Virus record (IMG/VR): IMGVR_UViG_3300027608_000014
Span: 64,001 to 128,000 of that record
Strand: one strand, 5' to 3'
Length of the DNA stretch: 64,000 nt
Origin: a virus
Shown: positions 8,118 through 18,384 of the stretch, in pieces
Layout: every line of letters begins with the position of its first letter
How positions within the stretch are numbered: the stretch's first letter is position 1
Translations under genes and position numbers: made by a program
The notes under the pieces: model-generated
Databases searched by the model: none
The model's input: the letters and a program-made list of their open reading frames with translations, nothing else
What the model was told of the DNA's origin: nothing

Positions 8118-8536
8118 GGGCCATAAAGGATTCGACTAATAGGTCAGATCTACAGCCACATGCAGAGGGACGACTTAGTTACCTCTTTAAACTCCTGAGA
8201 CAAAACTCAAACGCTAACGCGAATGACTCCGGCAACGGAAATGTGATCCAGGGCTACTTCGGTAGCTCTTCGGTCCGCACTCCGATGCTCGCTGCGGCCT
8301 AGTCCGCATCCGTCCTCTCTTCGACACCTGCTAAGGGAGAAGGACGACACCAGCAGGACGATGGTGGTGGATCCACTTTGGTACTGATCATACAGCAATG
8401 CTGCAGATCTGCGACTCGACCCACCTGGCAGCACATTTCCAGGGGACCTGTTAAGAGCGAATAATGAGATAAGCATGTAAACGCGGTAGAGTAAGACAGA
8501 TTAGGACCGGGCTCTCAGATGCCCGATGGTCCACCA
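8118..8536 (+). ncRNA. ssrA: tmRNA
   Basis: GGGCCAT/ATGGTCC-ACCA acceptor with G3-U70; GGATTCGAC near the 5' end; CATGC...GCATG helix; tag frame 8213-8302 ANANDSGNGNVIQGYFGSSSVRTPMLAAA*. Confidence 0.92.
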
Positions 8537-8807
8537 TTTATACACTTGTCCGGTTAAAGTCCGGGCTACTCCGCCGCCCGCAAGGGCGACGGACACTTTC
8601 GCCTACTGGCATTCGTGTAAAACAGTAGGTTGCAACACAAGGCGACAGAAAAACTGATGTTTACATCAGCGGAAGCACAAGAAGAAATGAGACAATAGAT
8701 ACTCACTCCTGAAAGTGGCAAAGCTACGCTCTCGAGCCCTTTGCTAGCTCACGAGTTAAGATCGACCCGTGAGAGGTCCCTTAACTCATCTGACCACCTG
8801 TGTGGCT

Positions 8808-8848
8808 GTGCCATTACCCCCTAGCTAAGGGTGATGGCACTTTCTTTT
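8808..8848 (+). terminator. Intrinsic terminator-like hairpin
   Basis: GTGCCATTACCC/GGGTGATGGCAC stem followed by TTTCTTTT. Confidence 0.65.
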
Positions 8849-8878
8849 AGTCAACCAACCAACAAAAAAAAATAACTA

Positions 8879-9124
8879 ATGTCAGCACTTTACTCGCAAG
8901 CACAGATTAAACTAACCGACGCTGAGATATTCGGGATCGTCATTGGTAAGCAGCGAAGGGAGATCGCTGCACTTGAGGCGCAGATAGACTCGCTCATCGC
9001 TCTCAGGAAGAGCGATCTTCTGGAGAAGAAGGAAATGGGTGAGAATATCGAACGACTGGAAGCGGAGATGATCAAGATCACCCATACCGCCCTCCCAAAC
9101 TTCAATACCGAGGAGCAGGGATAA
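8879..9124 (+). CDS. Small coiled-coil protein
   Basis: Heptad-rich 81-aa ORF; TAATG coupling to the next gene. Confidence 0.6.
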   Translation: MSALYSQAQIKLTDAEIFGIVIGKQRREIAALEAQIDSLIALRKSDLLEKKEMGENIERLEAEMIKITHTALPNFNTEEQG

Positions 9125-10071
9125 TGGGCGGAGGAGCATACAGTTCGGCCTCAAGAGGCGCAACCTATACCACCGCGAAAGCTACGGGCGCTTCGGTGTT
9201 CCGTCACATGGCGGATCTCAAGCAAGCAGGTAAGGCCCTTGTGGTTCACCCTCTGCTTGATCCCAGGCGTACCAACGAGGCGGGACGAGTTGTCCGCGAA
9301 AGCCGAGATAGTGACGAGCACCCCAACTCGTTACCAATCGCCATTATGCTCGACGTTACCGGCAGCATGTCGGATACGCTGAGAGTCTTCATTGACAAGC
9401 TACCCATCCTCATGAATCTTCTTGTTGATAAAATAGATATTGCCGATCCACACATCCTTTTTGGGTTTATTGGCGATGCCTACAGTGACAGAGTTCCACT
9501 TCAGGTGGGTAACTTTGAATCTGACAATCAGAAGATCGACGAGTGCTTCACGGCAGCAGTTCCTGAGGGCGGCGGGGGAGGACAGAACACTGAGTCTTAC
9601 GAGCTTGGTGCGTACTTCCTGGCGCGACACACCGAGCTGGACTCTCTTGATAAGCGGGGTAAGAAGGGGTACGTCTTCTTCACCGGAGACGAACTCCCCA
9701 AACAGTACGTGTCTCGAGGTCAGGTCAATTACCTGATTGGAGATACCCTGTTGGCGGATATTCCTATGGAGGACATCTTTGCCGAACTCAAAGAGAAGTT
9801 CAACGTGTTCTGGATATTTCCAGGACAAACGTCGAACTACTATGACGCCTCAATTAATAAGCGACTCAAAAGGCTGTTCGGAAAGGGCCTGATCAAGCTA
9901 CCCAATCCAAACGACATATGCGAAATGGTCGCAATGACCATCGCAGTCTGCGAGGGCGCCACTACGGAAGAGGCCAGAGCGGCATACCTCTCCTTTGGAG
10001 CTGATGCCAAAGGCGTAGCGGCGGCTGAGACAGCCCTAGCCCAAGTGATTAGGGAGCGAAGCTTCGCTTAG
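9124..10071 (+). CDS. VWA-domain protein
   Basis: MIDAS-type LDVTGSM, GDAYSD, EGGGGGQ..ESY and FFTGDE motifs. Confidence 0.85.
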   Translation: MGGGAYSSASRGATYTTAKATGASVFRHMADLKQAGKALVVHPLLDPRRTNEAGRVVRESRDSDEHPNSLPIAIMLDVTGSMSDTLRVFIDKLPILMNLLVDKIDIADPHILFGFIGDAYSDRVPLQVGNFESDNQKIDECFTAAVPEGGGGGQNTESYELGAYFLARHTELDSLDKRGKKGYVFFTGDELPKQYVSRGQVNYLIGDTLLADIPMEDIFAELKEKFNVFWIFPGQTSNYYDASINKRLKRLFGKGLIKLPNPNDICEMVAMTIAVCEGATTEEARAAYLSFGADAKGVAAAETALAQVIRERSFA

Positions 10072-11059
10072 CAATCTGGACTCCCTCCTTAGACAGGGGG
10101 GGGTCCAGATACTTTATGAACAAAACACTATCACTTCTACTGCTTCTCTCACTAACGTCCTGTAGCAAGATCGCTGCAGCACAGCCCACTTTTGCAGTGG
10201 TGATTGCTCAGGGCATTACGCTCTGTGTAATATTATTACTGTCACGTCCTAAAAAAAAAAAAGAATCGAATTGTCACATCAAGCAGCCCAACAACCAATA
10301 CTTACAATGAAATATACTTTAATTCACAACGGACAGCGCTACCTGATCCTAATGCAAGATGTCTACGGCATCAAAGGTCTATACAGGAGCAGAAGCTTTA
10401 TTGCGGAGATCCTGTCCAGGTTTACGCCATTCTATCAGCTGAATCCTGTCTGGGGAACCAGGTACAGGTGGCTCGCCCAACATCGGCTGGAGTTCCTGCG
10501 TAACAGTAACAGAGAGAACTCGATCTGGGATCGCACCGCTCGAAAGGAGAGAGCTTGACCACCTTGGATGTGGTTACGGCACTGAAGAGGGGAAAACCGG
10601 GAGGCCTCTCATCTGTGGCAGAACTGCGGTGGTGCAAGCCACTAGTGTTCGCAAAGATCGATCCCGAAATCCAGATCGTAGCAAACCGGTACATCAAGAA
10701 TCGCACCAGTGATGGCGCAGGATGGTCCGTCCTAAAGAACTGGCTCTATAAAAACCCACCAGAGGTAACATGAAAACACATGTCACAAGCAGACAATTGA
10801 GTGTGTCTGCTCCACACTTGCATCGCTCAACATATAGCAGGCCGTAGGGCCTGCTCCCTCGCCAACTATCCCATGGATGGTTGTGCTCGTTAGTTCAAAG
10901 AGATTTATTTTCTACGAATTAGCAGCACAACCATACATGGGTAGTTGGCGAAGGAGCGCTGGGTTTAGTAGATACAAGTTCTTTTTCTTTAGCTATTAGA
11001 ATTTTCTAACCAATCCAGCTCGACTGGACAAGAGTTTCGGTGGAGACTATCCGCCCATT

Positions 11060-14000
11060 ATGTTCAAATCAAAAACCAAATCTAGCAAGCCCAAGGGACT
11101 AACCTTTACCAGAGAGTTTTCTTCATCACAAGTGTCTCCATATGAAGAACTTGAGTGGGAACGGCGCACCGCCGAGATCACCGATGACTCTGGCAAAACA
11201 ATTTTTAAACAGGAGAATGTCGAGGTTCCAAAGTCGTGGAGTGCACTGGCCACAAAGATTGCAGTCTCGAAGTATTTCTACGGCGACATCTCGAAGGGAA
11301 CTGACCCGAAAAAAGGTGGCCGTGAGAATTCAGTCAAACAGATGATTGGTCGAGTCACTGAGACCATGGCAGAGTGGGGCCGAAAAGACGAATACTTCGA
11401 CAGTGCCGAAAGCGCAGCAGCTTTCGAGGACGACCTCACCTGGCTGTGCCTTAATCAGTATGGCGCATTCAACTCTCCGGTGTGGTTCAACGTAGGTCTG
11501 TTTCAGAATTACGGGGTCAATGGGGGACAAGAAGGCAACTGGGTGTACAATCATAAGACCAAGGAGGCTGAGATCTGGAAGAACCAGTATGAGTATCCAC
11601 AAGGTAGCGCTTGCTTCATTCTTTCTGTTGACGATACCATGGAATCAATCATGGATCTTGCTAGAGCAGAAGCTATGCTCTTCAAATACGGCAGTGGAGC
11701 TGGCACTGATCTATCCACACTCCGCTCGACTCGCGAGAGGCTCAGTGGTGGTGGTAAGCCTTCAGGCCCGATGAGCTTCCTAAAGATCTACGATCAAGTT
11801 GCTGGGACGGTCAAGAGCGGTGGAAAGACTCGTAGGGCCGCAAAGATGAACACGCTCAAGGACTGGCACCCTGACATTGAGGAGTTCATCGAGGCCAAAT
11901 CTAAGGAAGAGAAAAAAGCCTGGGCCCTTATTGAGCAAGGTTACGATCCATCGTTCAACGGTGAGGCCTATGGGTCGGTGATGTACCAGAATGAAAATCT
12001 ATCTGTAAGAGTTAGTGATCGATTCATCGAAGACGCCCTTTGCGGTCGTCCGTGGCAAACACACAACGTGAAAGACGGAAAGGTCTGTGAGACCAAAGAT
12101 GCAAAAACTTTGCTTCGTAAGATCGCTGAGGGAACACATCTCTGTGGCGATCCTGGAATGCAGTTCGACAACACGATCCACAAGTGGCACACCTGCAAGG
12201 GCACAGATCGGCAGCACTCCACAAATCCGTGCTCCGAATATCTCTTCCTGAATAACACAGCGTGTAACCTCGCCTCCCTTAATCTGCTCAAGTTCAAGAA
12301 GTCAGATGGCTCTTTTGATGCGCTTTTGTTCCAAAAGGCCTGCCGAATCTTCATCACCGCCCAGGAAATTCTGGTCGATCGAGCTTCATATCCTACGAAG
12401 GCAATCGCAGAGAACTCTCACATCTTTAGGACTCTAGGTCTTGGCTTTGCCAACTTGGGTGCCCTGATTATGAGCTATGGATACGGCTATGATAGCGATG
12501 AAGGTCGCAATCTTGCTGGATTGATTACCTCTCTGATGACGGGAACCGCTTACGAACAGTCAGCGCTGATTGCCTGGGCAAAGAGTCCGTTTGATGGCTA
12601 TAATGATGCTAGATGCTCTGGTGTCCCAGTGCCGCTTAAGCCCAGCAATCGTGCATCTATGCTGGAGGTTATTGATCTGCACCGCACTCATGCCCATCAA
12701 CTGTCTGAGTCCGTTAAGTCAATCGGCAGCCTTTCAGAGCTAGCTGTTGCGTCTACTAGCGCTTGGAAGTCAGCCTACGTCCATGGAGCGTCATTTGGTT
12801 ACCGCAACGCCCAGGTCACCGTCCTTGCGCCCACCGGCACGATCGGCTTCCTCATGGATTGCGATACCACCGGTATTGAGCCCGACATCGCGCTGGTGAA
12901 GTACAAGTTGCTGGCTGGCGGCGGTATGCTGAAGATCGTCAATCAGACGATCGGATCGGCGCTGAATACACTGGGTTACGACGACGAGCAGATCGCTCGG
13001 ATCATTGCCCACATCGAGAGATACGATACGATCGAGAACGTGCAGGGCGAAACTCCGTTGGGACTCGGCACCGGTGCGCATTATAGTGTTAATCCCTCGG
13101 ATCGCTCCAAGTCGACCTTCCATTCCGGTCTCAATCCTGAGCACCTGCCAGTGTTCGACTGCGCTTTCAAGGCGGCCAGCGGCACCAGAAGTCTGCACTA
13201 CATGGGGCATCTTAAGATGATGGCTGCCTGTCAGCCCTTCCTGAGTGGTGCCATCTCGAAGACGGTCAATCTTCCGGAGGCTGCTACTGTAGAAGATATT
13301 ATTAACACCTACGTTGAGGGCTGGAAGTTAGGACTCAAAGCGATTGCCATCTATCGAGACGGCAGTAAGCGATCAGCTCCTCTGAGTACAAAGAGCTCGA
13401 AGACAGCAGGGGTCGTAGAAGTTATGACTGACACCATCGACTTATCCGAGATTGAGGATATGAGATCATACATCGCCAGTCTTGAATTGGCTCATGGAGC
13501 CCCAGTCAAAAAGAGACTCCCTGATACTCGATCAGCGATCAACCACAAGTTCGAGGTCGGTGGACATAAGGGTTACATTAGCGTCGGTCTCTTCGAGAGC
13601 GGCAAGCCTGGTGAAATCTTTATTTCTATGGCCAAAGAAGGATCAACCATCGGTGGACTCATGGATACTGTTGCCACGCTGACCAGCATCTCGCTGCAGT
13701 ATGGTGTGCCGCTGGAGTCTCTGGTCAGCATGTTTGCGTATCAGCGATTCGAGCCGTCAGGCTTCACCAGGAATCCTGATGTCCGCAATGCAACTTCGAT
13801 CATCGACTACGTCTTCCGCTGGCTCGGGTGCCTCTTTATTCCAGGATACAAGCAGTCTCCAGAAACTGATACTCCTGCCCTAAAGAACGAGCTCCCGCAA
13901 TTAGTGGAGTTGCTGGCTCCCCTACCGGCAGCTGAAGTAAGTCCTGTAAGACGATCTATTTACCTATCTGACCCTTGCAACAAATGCGGATCGTCAAAGG

Positions 14001-14062
14001 TGGTAAGAAGTGGTGTCTGCGGAGTGTGCACCGAATGCGGAGAATCAGCTGGATGTAGCTAA
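11060..14062 (+). CDS. nrdJ: Class II (B12-dependent) ribonucleotide reductase with TSCPD and Zn-ribbon C-terminus
   Basis: FNSPVWFN, QGSACFI, GGKTRRAA, TNPCSE (catalytic N-x-C-x-E), ACNLAS, APTGTI, SGAISKTVN, YRDGSK, C-terminal CxxC-CxxC. Confidence 0.96.
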   Translation: MFKSKTKSSKPKGLTFTREFSSSQVSPYEELEWERRTAEITDDSGKTIFKQENVEVPKSWSALATKIAVSKYFYGDISKGTDPKKGGRENSVKQMIGRVTETMAEWGRKDEYFDSAESAAAFEDDLTWLCLNQYGAFNSPVWFNVGLFQNYGVNGGQEGNWVYNHKTKEAEIWKNQYEYPQGSACFILSVDDTMESIMDLARAEAMLFKYGSGAGTDLSTLRSTRERLSGGGKPSGPMSFLKIYDQVAGTVKSGGKTRRAAKMNTLKDWHPDIEEFIEAKSKEEKKAWALIEQGYDPSFNGEAYGSVMYQNENLSVRVSDRFIEDALCGRPWQTHNVKDGKVCETKDAKTLLRKIAEGTHLCGDPGMQFDNTIHKWHTCKGTDRQHSTNPCSEYLFLNNTACNLASLNLLKFKKSDGSFDALLFQKACRIFITAQEILVDRASYPTKAIAENSHIFRTLGLGFANLGALIMSYGYGYDSDEGRNLAGLITSLMTGTAYEQSALIAWAKSPFDGYNDARCSGVPVPLKPSNRASMLEVIDLHRTHAHQLSESVKSIGSLSELAVASTSAWKSAYVHGASFGYRNAQVTVLAPTGTIGFLMDCDTTGIEPDIALVKYKLLAGGGMLKIVNQTIGSALNTLGYDDEQIARIIAHIERYDTIENVQGETPLGLGTGAHYSVNPSDRSKSTFHSGLNPEHLPVFDCAFKAASGTRSLHYMGHLKMMAACQPFLSGAISKTVNLPEAATVEDIINTYVEGWKLGLKAIAIYRDGSKRSAPLSTKSSKTAGVVEVMTDTIDLSEIEDMRSYIASLELAHGAPVKKRLPDTRSAINHKFEVGGHKGYISVGLFESGKPGEIFISMAKEGSTIGGLMDTVATLTSISLQYGVPLESLVSMFAYQRFEPSGFTRNPDVRNATSIIDYVFRWLGCLFIPGYKQSPETDTPALKNELPQLVELLAPLPAAEVSPVRRSIYLSDPCNKCGSSKVVRSGVCGVCTECGESAGCS

Positions 14063-14065
14063 TAA

Positions 14066-14563
14066 ATGCAAACATTCCTGCCCTACGAGTGCTTTGCCAG
14101 ATCCGCATCTGTTCTGGACGCGTCTCGACTCCACAATCAAATCAACGAGGCGCTGGTCGTCCTGGCCACCGCCCTTCGTTTACGTAGAATAAGTGACCTT
14201 GAATATGAACCTGTAGGTCCGAATGAAAAGCTTGGCTGGCAAAGCCACCCTGCTGTTAAGATGTGGCACGGAGCTGGAAACTGTCTTGGTTTCTATACCC
14301 TGTGTATGATGAGGGAGCTGCGTGCCAGAAATCATCCAGAGCAGCGGGTAAGAGAGGCCGATCCCGTTCGTTGGTGTCGCCTGATGGAACTTTGGAGCGA
14401 CCGAAGCGAAGAAGGCATCCGAACTCCAACATGGCTAGGAAACGCCGACTTCCACAGGAGCCATCAGAGCAATCTGATTCGCAAGTACCCGGAACACTAT
14501 ACACAGTTCTTTCCAGACGTCCCTGACAGCCTTCCTTACATTTGGCTGCCGGGATTCCACTAA
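14066..14563 (+). CDS. Pyrimidine-dimer DNA glycosylase-like protein (MSMEG_6728/DenV-like)
   Basis: MQTFLPY, LDxxRL, SHPAVKMW, PTWLG, HRSHQSNL..KYPEHY, LPYIW. Confidence 0.85.
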   Translation: MQTFLPYECFARSASVLDASRLHNQINEALVVLATALRLRRISDLEYEPVGPNEKLGWQSHPAVKMWHGAGNCLGFYTLCMMRELRARNHPEQRVREADPVRWCRLMELWSDRSEEGIRTPTWLGNADFHRSHQSNLIRKYPEHYTQFFPDVPDSLPYIWLPGFH

Positions 14564-14631
14564 CTCGTTCCTTGCTCCTAGCTCGTGGCTACTGCTGCGA
14601 GCTAGGTTGCCGGAACTGTCCGTACAAAGAA

Positions 14632-15426
14632 ATGAATCAGCCTGATCGGCCAATTATAGACATTGATGATCTGGATCTGATTTCAGATCCTATCGACCAT
14701 GAAGATATAACTAAAGTTTATCTTCCAAATGGACACTTAATCATTGGTTACCTGACCGCTGATACCGATGCTTGTGACCCTCTTGAGGATTGTGACGGCA
14801 TGGGCATGATTACCCATGACGTCAGACCCTACCTAAGACAATACCCCAATGGAGATGCAATTCTCTATCCTTATCATGAAGAGGCCAGAAAGAAACTTGA
14901 GTTTCAAGTCAGGTCCAGAGAACTAATCTGCACTCAAGAAGATATCGATTGCAGGATAACACTCTTGGGCGATGAGTCGGTAAGACTGATAAACGAGATT
15001 AGCTTGGAGATACGGGACAAGTTCGTAGACGACAGTCTCATGATACTACTTAGCAGTAATTACATAGGTCAATATAGAGTGGAAAGTGATAAGTCAAAAG
15101 TTACTGGAATTTTTTTACCAGACACAGAACTGATTCATCATCTAAATTCATTTCCCAAAGACCAACAAAAAACTGAGCTGCTGAGACACTGCCATACCTC
15201 ACTGGAGATGTACAATCTGTACAAAGATGGTGAGGTTTATGGGATGATCACCGAAGTGTTCGACAAGCATGGAAACTCAATCAACGACTCAGACGCCGTC
15301 TGGGGACTCCTCGGGCTTGACCACGCAAAAGAAGAACTAGCAGCATTCGTTGCTCAAAAAGAAACACTCCTCAGATCTGAATGGTCAAGGGGAGATCCAA
15401 ATCAACTACAACTAAACTTAGAATAA
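14632..15426 (+). CDS. Hypothetical protein
   Basis: Long ORF; the in-frame upstream segment carries LARGYCCxxGCRNCPY (DUF5522-like). Start uncertain. Confidence 0.6.
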   Translation: MNQPDRPIIDIDDLDLISDPIDHEDITKVYLPNGHLIIGYLTADTDACDPLEDCDGMGMITHDVRPYLRQYPNGDAILYPYHEEARKKLEFQVRSRELICTQEDIDCRITLLGDESVRLINEISLEIRDKFVDDSLMILLSSNYIGQYRVESDKSKVTGIFLPDTELIHHLNSFPKDQQKTELLRHCHTSLEMYNLYKDGEVYGMITEVFDKHGNSINDSDAVWGLLGLDHAKEELAAFVAQKETLLRSEWSRGDPNQLQLNLE

Positions 15427-15438
15427 ACTTAGAATAAA

Positions 15439-15771
15439 ATGAACAAAATAAAAATATTCGTTTCCATAGTGATATTTGCACTCGTAACTCTCGTCATTGC
15501 TCAGGAGCGTCGCCTTTACACGGCCTATCTAGCTAATACGACTAAGGCAATAGAAGCCGAGAGACAGCATTGGCATCAGATCCTAATCGATCAAGACTTT
15601 GCCCATTACGATGGTAAGACCGGCAAATGGCTCCTTTATACCAAAGAGGAGTTCTTGATGGATCATCAGATCGCCCTGGCATCAGTGTCTAGGAATGAGC
15701 TGTTTCCTCTGCCTGGACCAGAACAGCCAGTAATTGTTCCTGTGTCCCCAATCAAGTCCAAAAAGAAATGA
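15439..15771 (+). CDS. Membrane-anchored hypothetical protein
   Basis: N-terminal hydrophobic segment IFVSIVIFALVTLVIA. Confidence 0.6.
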   Translation: MNKIKIFVSIVIFALVTLVIAQERRLYTAYLANTTKAIEAERQHWHQILIDQDFAHYDGKTGKWLLYTKEEFLMDHQIALASVSRNELFPLPGPEQPVIVPVSPIKSKKK

Positions 15772-15863
15772 GCATTTCAAGCCGGTCTTTGATCTGTCGT
15801 CGAGCCCTACATTAAAGAAAATGCCTACAGCACCTTCCTTGGCACAACCATTGGCTAACTAAT

Positions 15864-16997
15864 ATGAAACCAGAAAGCTTGACTCTATATTACAAAGATG
15901 GATCTTCTGATAAGGTATACTTTGCCACTCTAGAAAAACAGATGGCCGTTGGGACCCACAGTTGGGTGGTCAACTTTGCCTACGGTCGTCGCGGGTCCAC
16001 TATGACCACAGGGACAAAGACCCAGGCCCCAGTTGACTACACTGCTGCCAAGAAGATCTACGACAAGGCGATCAAAGACAAGACCGCCAAGGGGTATACA
16101 GTCGGAAAGGATGGAACTCCGTTCCAGTTCACCGACAAGGAATCCAGAGACTCCGGACTGCACCCACAGCTTCTTAACTCTATCGATGACGCCAGACTGG
16201 CTGAACTGATGAAGGACGATGAGTGGTGCATGCAGGAGAAGATGGACGGTCGTCGATGCATGATCCGAAAGACTGGTGATGTGGTTGAGGGCGTCAATCG
16301 CCTGGGCCTCACCATTGGACTGCCTCAGCCGATTGTCGATGATGCCAAGAAGATCGATCGTGACTTCGTCATTGACGGAGAAACCATTGGTGACGAATTC
16401 TATGTCTTCGACGCCATTGAGATCGATGGATTAAGTGTAAAAGACTTCCCGTACTTCTCGAGACGAACCGGACTAGGCAACCTCTTGGAGATCGACACAG
16501 AGAGTCGACTCAATCATATCATCATGGTTGAAAGCGCCACTAGCACCAAATCCAAGAAAATAATGTTTGAACTTCTCAGCAACAAGAACAAAGAGGGTGT
16601 GGTCTTTAAGCGACTGGACTCTCTGTACGTCTCTGGACGACCATCAAGTGGCGGCAACCAGCTGAAGTATAAGTTCGTTGAGGACGCCTCCTGTGTGGTG
16701 ATCAGAGTGAATGACAAGCGCAGCGTGGCGCTTGGAGTATTTGAGTCAGAGGAAGATATTCCTAAAATGAAACTCCTGGATGTGGGCAACACAACTATTC
16801 CTCCTAACCACGATATCCCCAAAGTTGGAGACGTGGTGTCAGTTAGGTATCTCTATGCCTACCGAGGCGGTAGTCTCTATCAGCCTGTTTATCAGGGAGC
16901 TAGAGACGATCAGACCATCGCTGAGTGTAGCATTAAACAACTCAAATACAGACCAGAACAACAAGAACATGTTAACCCGCTTCTGGCTAAAGATTAA
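15864..16997 (+). CDS. WGR-domain ATP-dependent DNA ligase-like protein
   Basis: N-terminal SDKVY...AYGRRG...KTAKGY (WGR); motif I QEKMDG, IDGE, YVFD, EGVVFK, KYK; OB-fold C-terminus. Confidence 0.85.
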   Translation: MKPESLTLYYKDGSSDKVYFATLEKQMAVGTHSWVVNFAYGRRGSTMTTGTKTQAPVDYTAAKKIYDKAIKDKTAKGYTVGKDGTPFQFTDKESRDSGLHPQLLNSIDDARLAELMKDDEWCMQEKMDGRRCMIRKTGDVVEGVNRLGLTIGLPQPIVDDAKKIDRDFVIDGETIGDEFYVFDAIEIDGLSVKDFPYFSRRTGLGNLLEIDTESRLNHIIMVESATSTKSKKIMFELLSNKNKEGVVFKRLDSLYVSGRPSSGGNQLKYKFVEDASCVVIRVNDKRSVALGVFESEEDIPKMKLLDVGNTTIPPNHDIPKVGDVVSVRYLYAYRGGSLYQPVYQGARDDQTIAECSIKQLKYRPEQQEHVNPLLAKD

Positions 16998-17321
16998 ATA
17001 TAGAAGTCGCTACTGGTGGTACAGAGCTATCAAGTTTGTGGGGTTCTGTCCCCATTGCTGGTCAACCCTCAATTACACCTCAATAGGAAGACCTCCATGT
17101 CCAGTATGTCACTAATCAAACGTAATCAACTGATCATCAAGCATCTAGCTGCCTTTGCCTCTGTTTGTATCGCTGGAGGACTGGCCGTGTACAGCCTGGA
17201 CGCATGGATGGCTTTTCTGTGGGCAGCGGTGATCATAACCCTCACGACCAACCACACCCCACAAGATGAACGAGATAAAGAGGCCCCGAAGAGCAACTAA
17301 TCAAAAGCGTCTCTATAACCA

Positions 17322-17834
17322 ATGGTAACTCTCAAGGACGTTGATGATCTAGTCTCTAAGCTAAACGGCCTGACGGTCCCACTGGCAAAAGAAAGGCCAC
17401 TGTCGGCAATTGAACGATTAAGGGAACAACTAGACGAAACCATATCAGAGCGGGGATCTCGATTGAGGACTATGGCTCCATGGATTTTCAGGCAGAATCC
17501 GAGGGCCATGGCTCAACCAATCTTATTTATTCGTAGTGACAAAGGGACCGTAAGGTCCCCTTTTCAGCCATATCCAGAGTTTGCCATTAAGGTAGATAAA
17601 AATGGAAGGGCGATAATTAAGAAGCCAGCCAGATCTAGTCTTCCTGGCTATGCCAGGGAGTACTATCAGTTGAACAAAGAAGTAATTTCAGAAAAAAGAA
17701 GAAAAAAGAAATTAGAAAAACAGGCGTCTTTGGATCACTTCCGATCCATGAGCGCCATAACCAAACTAAATGAAACAGATGAACCAAGCACTATTACTAT
17801 TGCCCAAACAGACCAAACAGCAACTCTACGATGA
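17322..17834 (+). CDS. Hypothetical protein
   Basis: 170-aa ORF. Confidence 0.5.
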   Translation: MVTLKDVDDLVSKLNGLTVPLAKERPLSAIERLREQLDETISERGSRLRTMAPWIFRQNPRAMAQPILFIRSDKGTVRSPFQPYPEFAIKVDKNGRAIIKKPARSSLPGYAREYYQLNKEVISEKRRKKKLEKQASLDHFRSMSAITKLNETDEPSTITIAQTDQTATLR

Positions 17835-18384
17835 GTTGGGCACTTCACACTCCGGAGTAGGCCACCAAATGGTTGATACGGCTCAGATCGTCGTTGCGCT
17901 AATGGATGACCATGGAGTTACAGTCGCTGAGATCTCAGAGATCAAGGGGATCCCGGAATACATCCTGAGCAATTATGAAAAAATAGGTCGCGGACAGTTG
18001 GCTCCTTATCTCTTGGTTAGTGACTATGAGGCCGCTGATCCCCTTAAGCGACTGTGCTACTCAGAACAGACTCGACTTGAGAATGAGCCTGTTGATGTTC
18101 TCATTCAGGGGCCAGATGGACCGGCTTCTATCCAAATCAGAGTTCAGGATCTAACTCGCTCTCAGTGCAAGCAAGTCTTTGATAAGACTCGCGTTCGAAG
18201 TCTTGACGCTCAACAGGCGTTCATTGAAAGCAATCGTCGCAAGCCTCACGCCCCTTCTAAGCCAATCGGTGGAAAGATTACTTACGAGATCAATAGAGAC
18301 GGTACCGTTACGTTCCACAAAGGCTACACGGCAACCAAAGTTGAGCTCCAAAAGATCCTCACCGCTATCTGCCTAAGAGGATAA
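17770..18384 (+). CDS. Hypothetical protein
   Basis: 204-aa ORF. Confidence 0.6.
   Translation: MKQMNQALLLLPKQTKQQLYDELGTSHSGVGHQMVDTAQIVVALMDDHGVTVAEISEIKGIPEYILSNYEKIGRGQLAPYLLVSDYEAADPLKRLCYSEQTRLENEPVDVLIQGPDGPASIQIRVQDLTRSQCKQVFDKTRVRSLDAQQAFIESNRRKPHAPSKPIGGKITYEINRDGTVTFHKGYTATKVELQKILTAICLRG

Noticed and set aside
8546-8600. HDV-like (theta) ribozyme after the tmRNA
   Set aside because: Hairpins are present, but a nested P1/P2 double pseudoknot could not be built.
9124-10071. Ro60/Rsr partner for the Y RNA
   Set aside because: It is a stand-alone 315-aa VWA protein with no room for the TROVE helical domain.
10850-11059. Cobalamin riboswitch or NrdR boxes upstream of nrdJ
   Set aside because: No B12-box or tandem NrdR-box consensus could be recognised.
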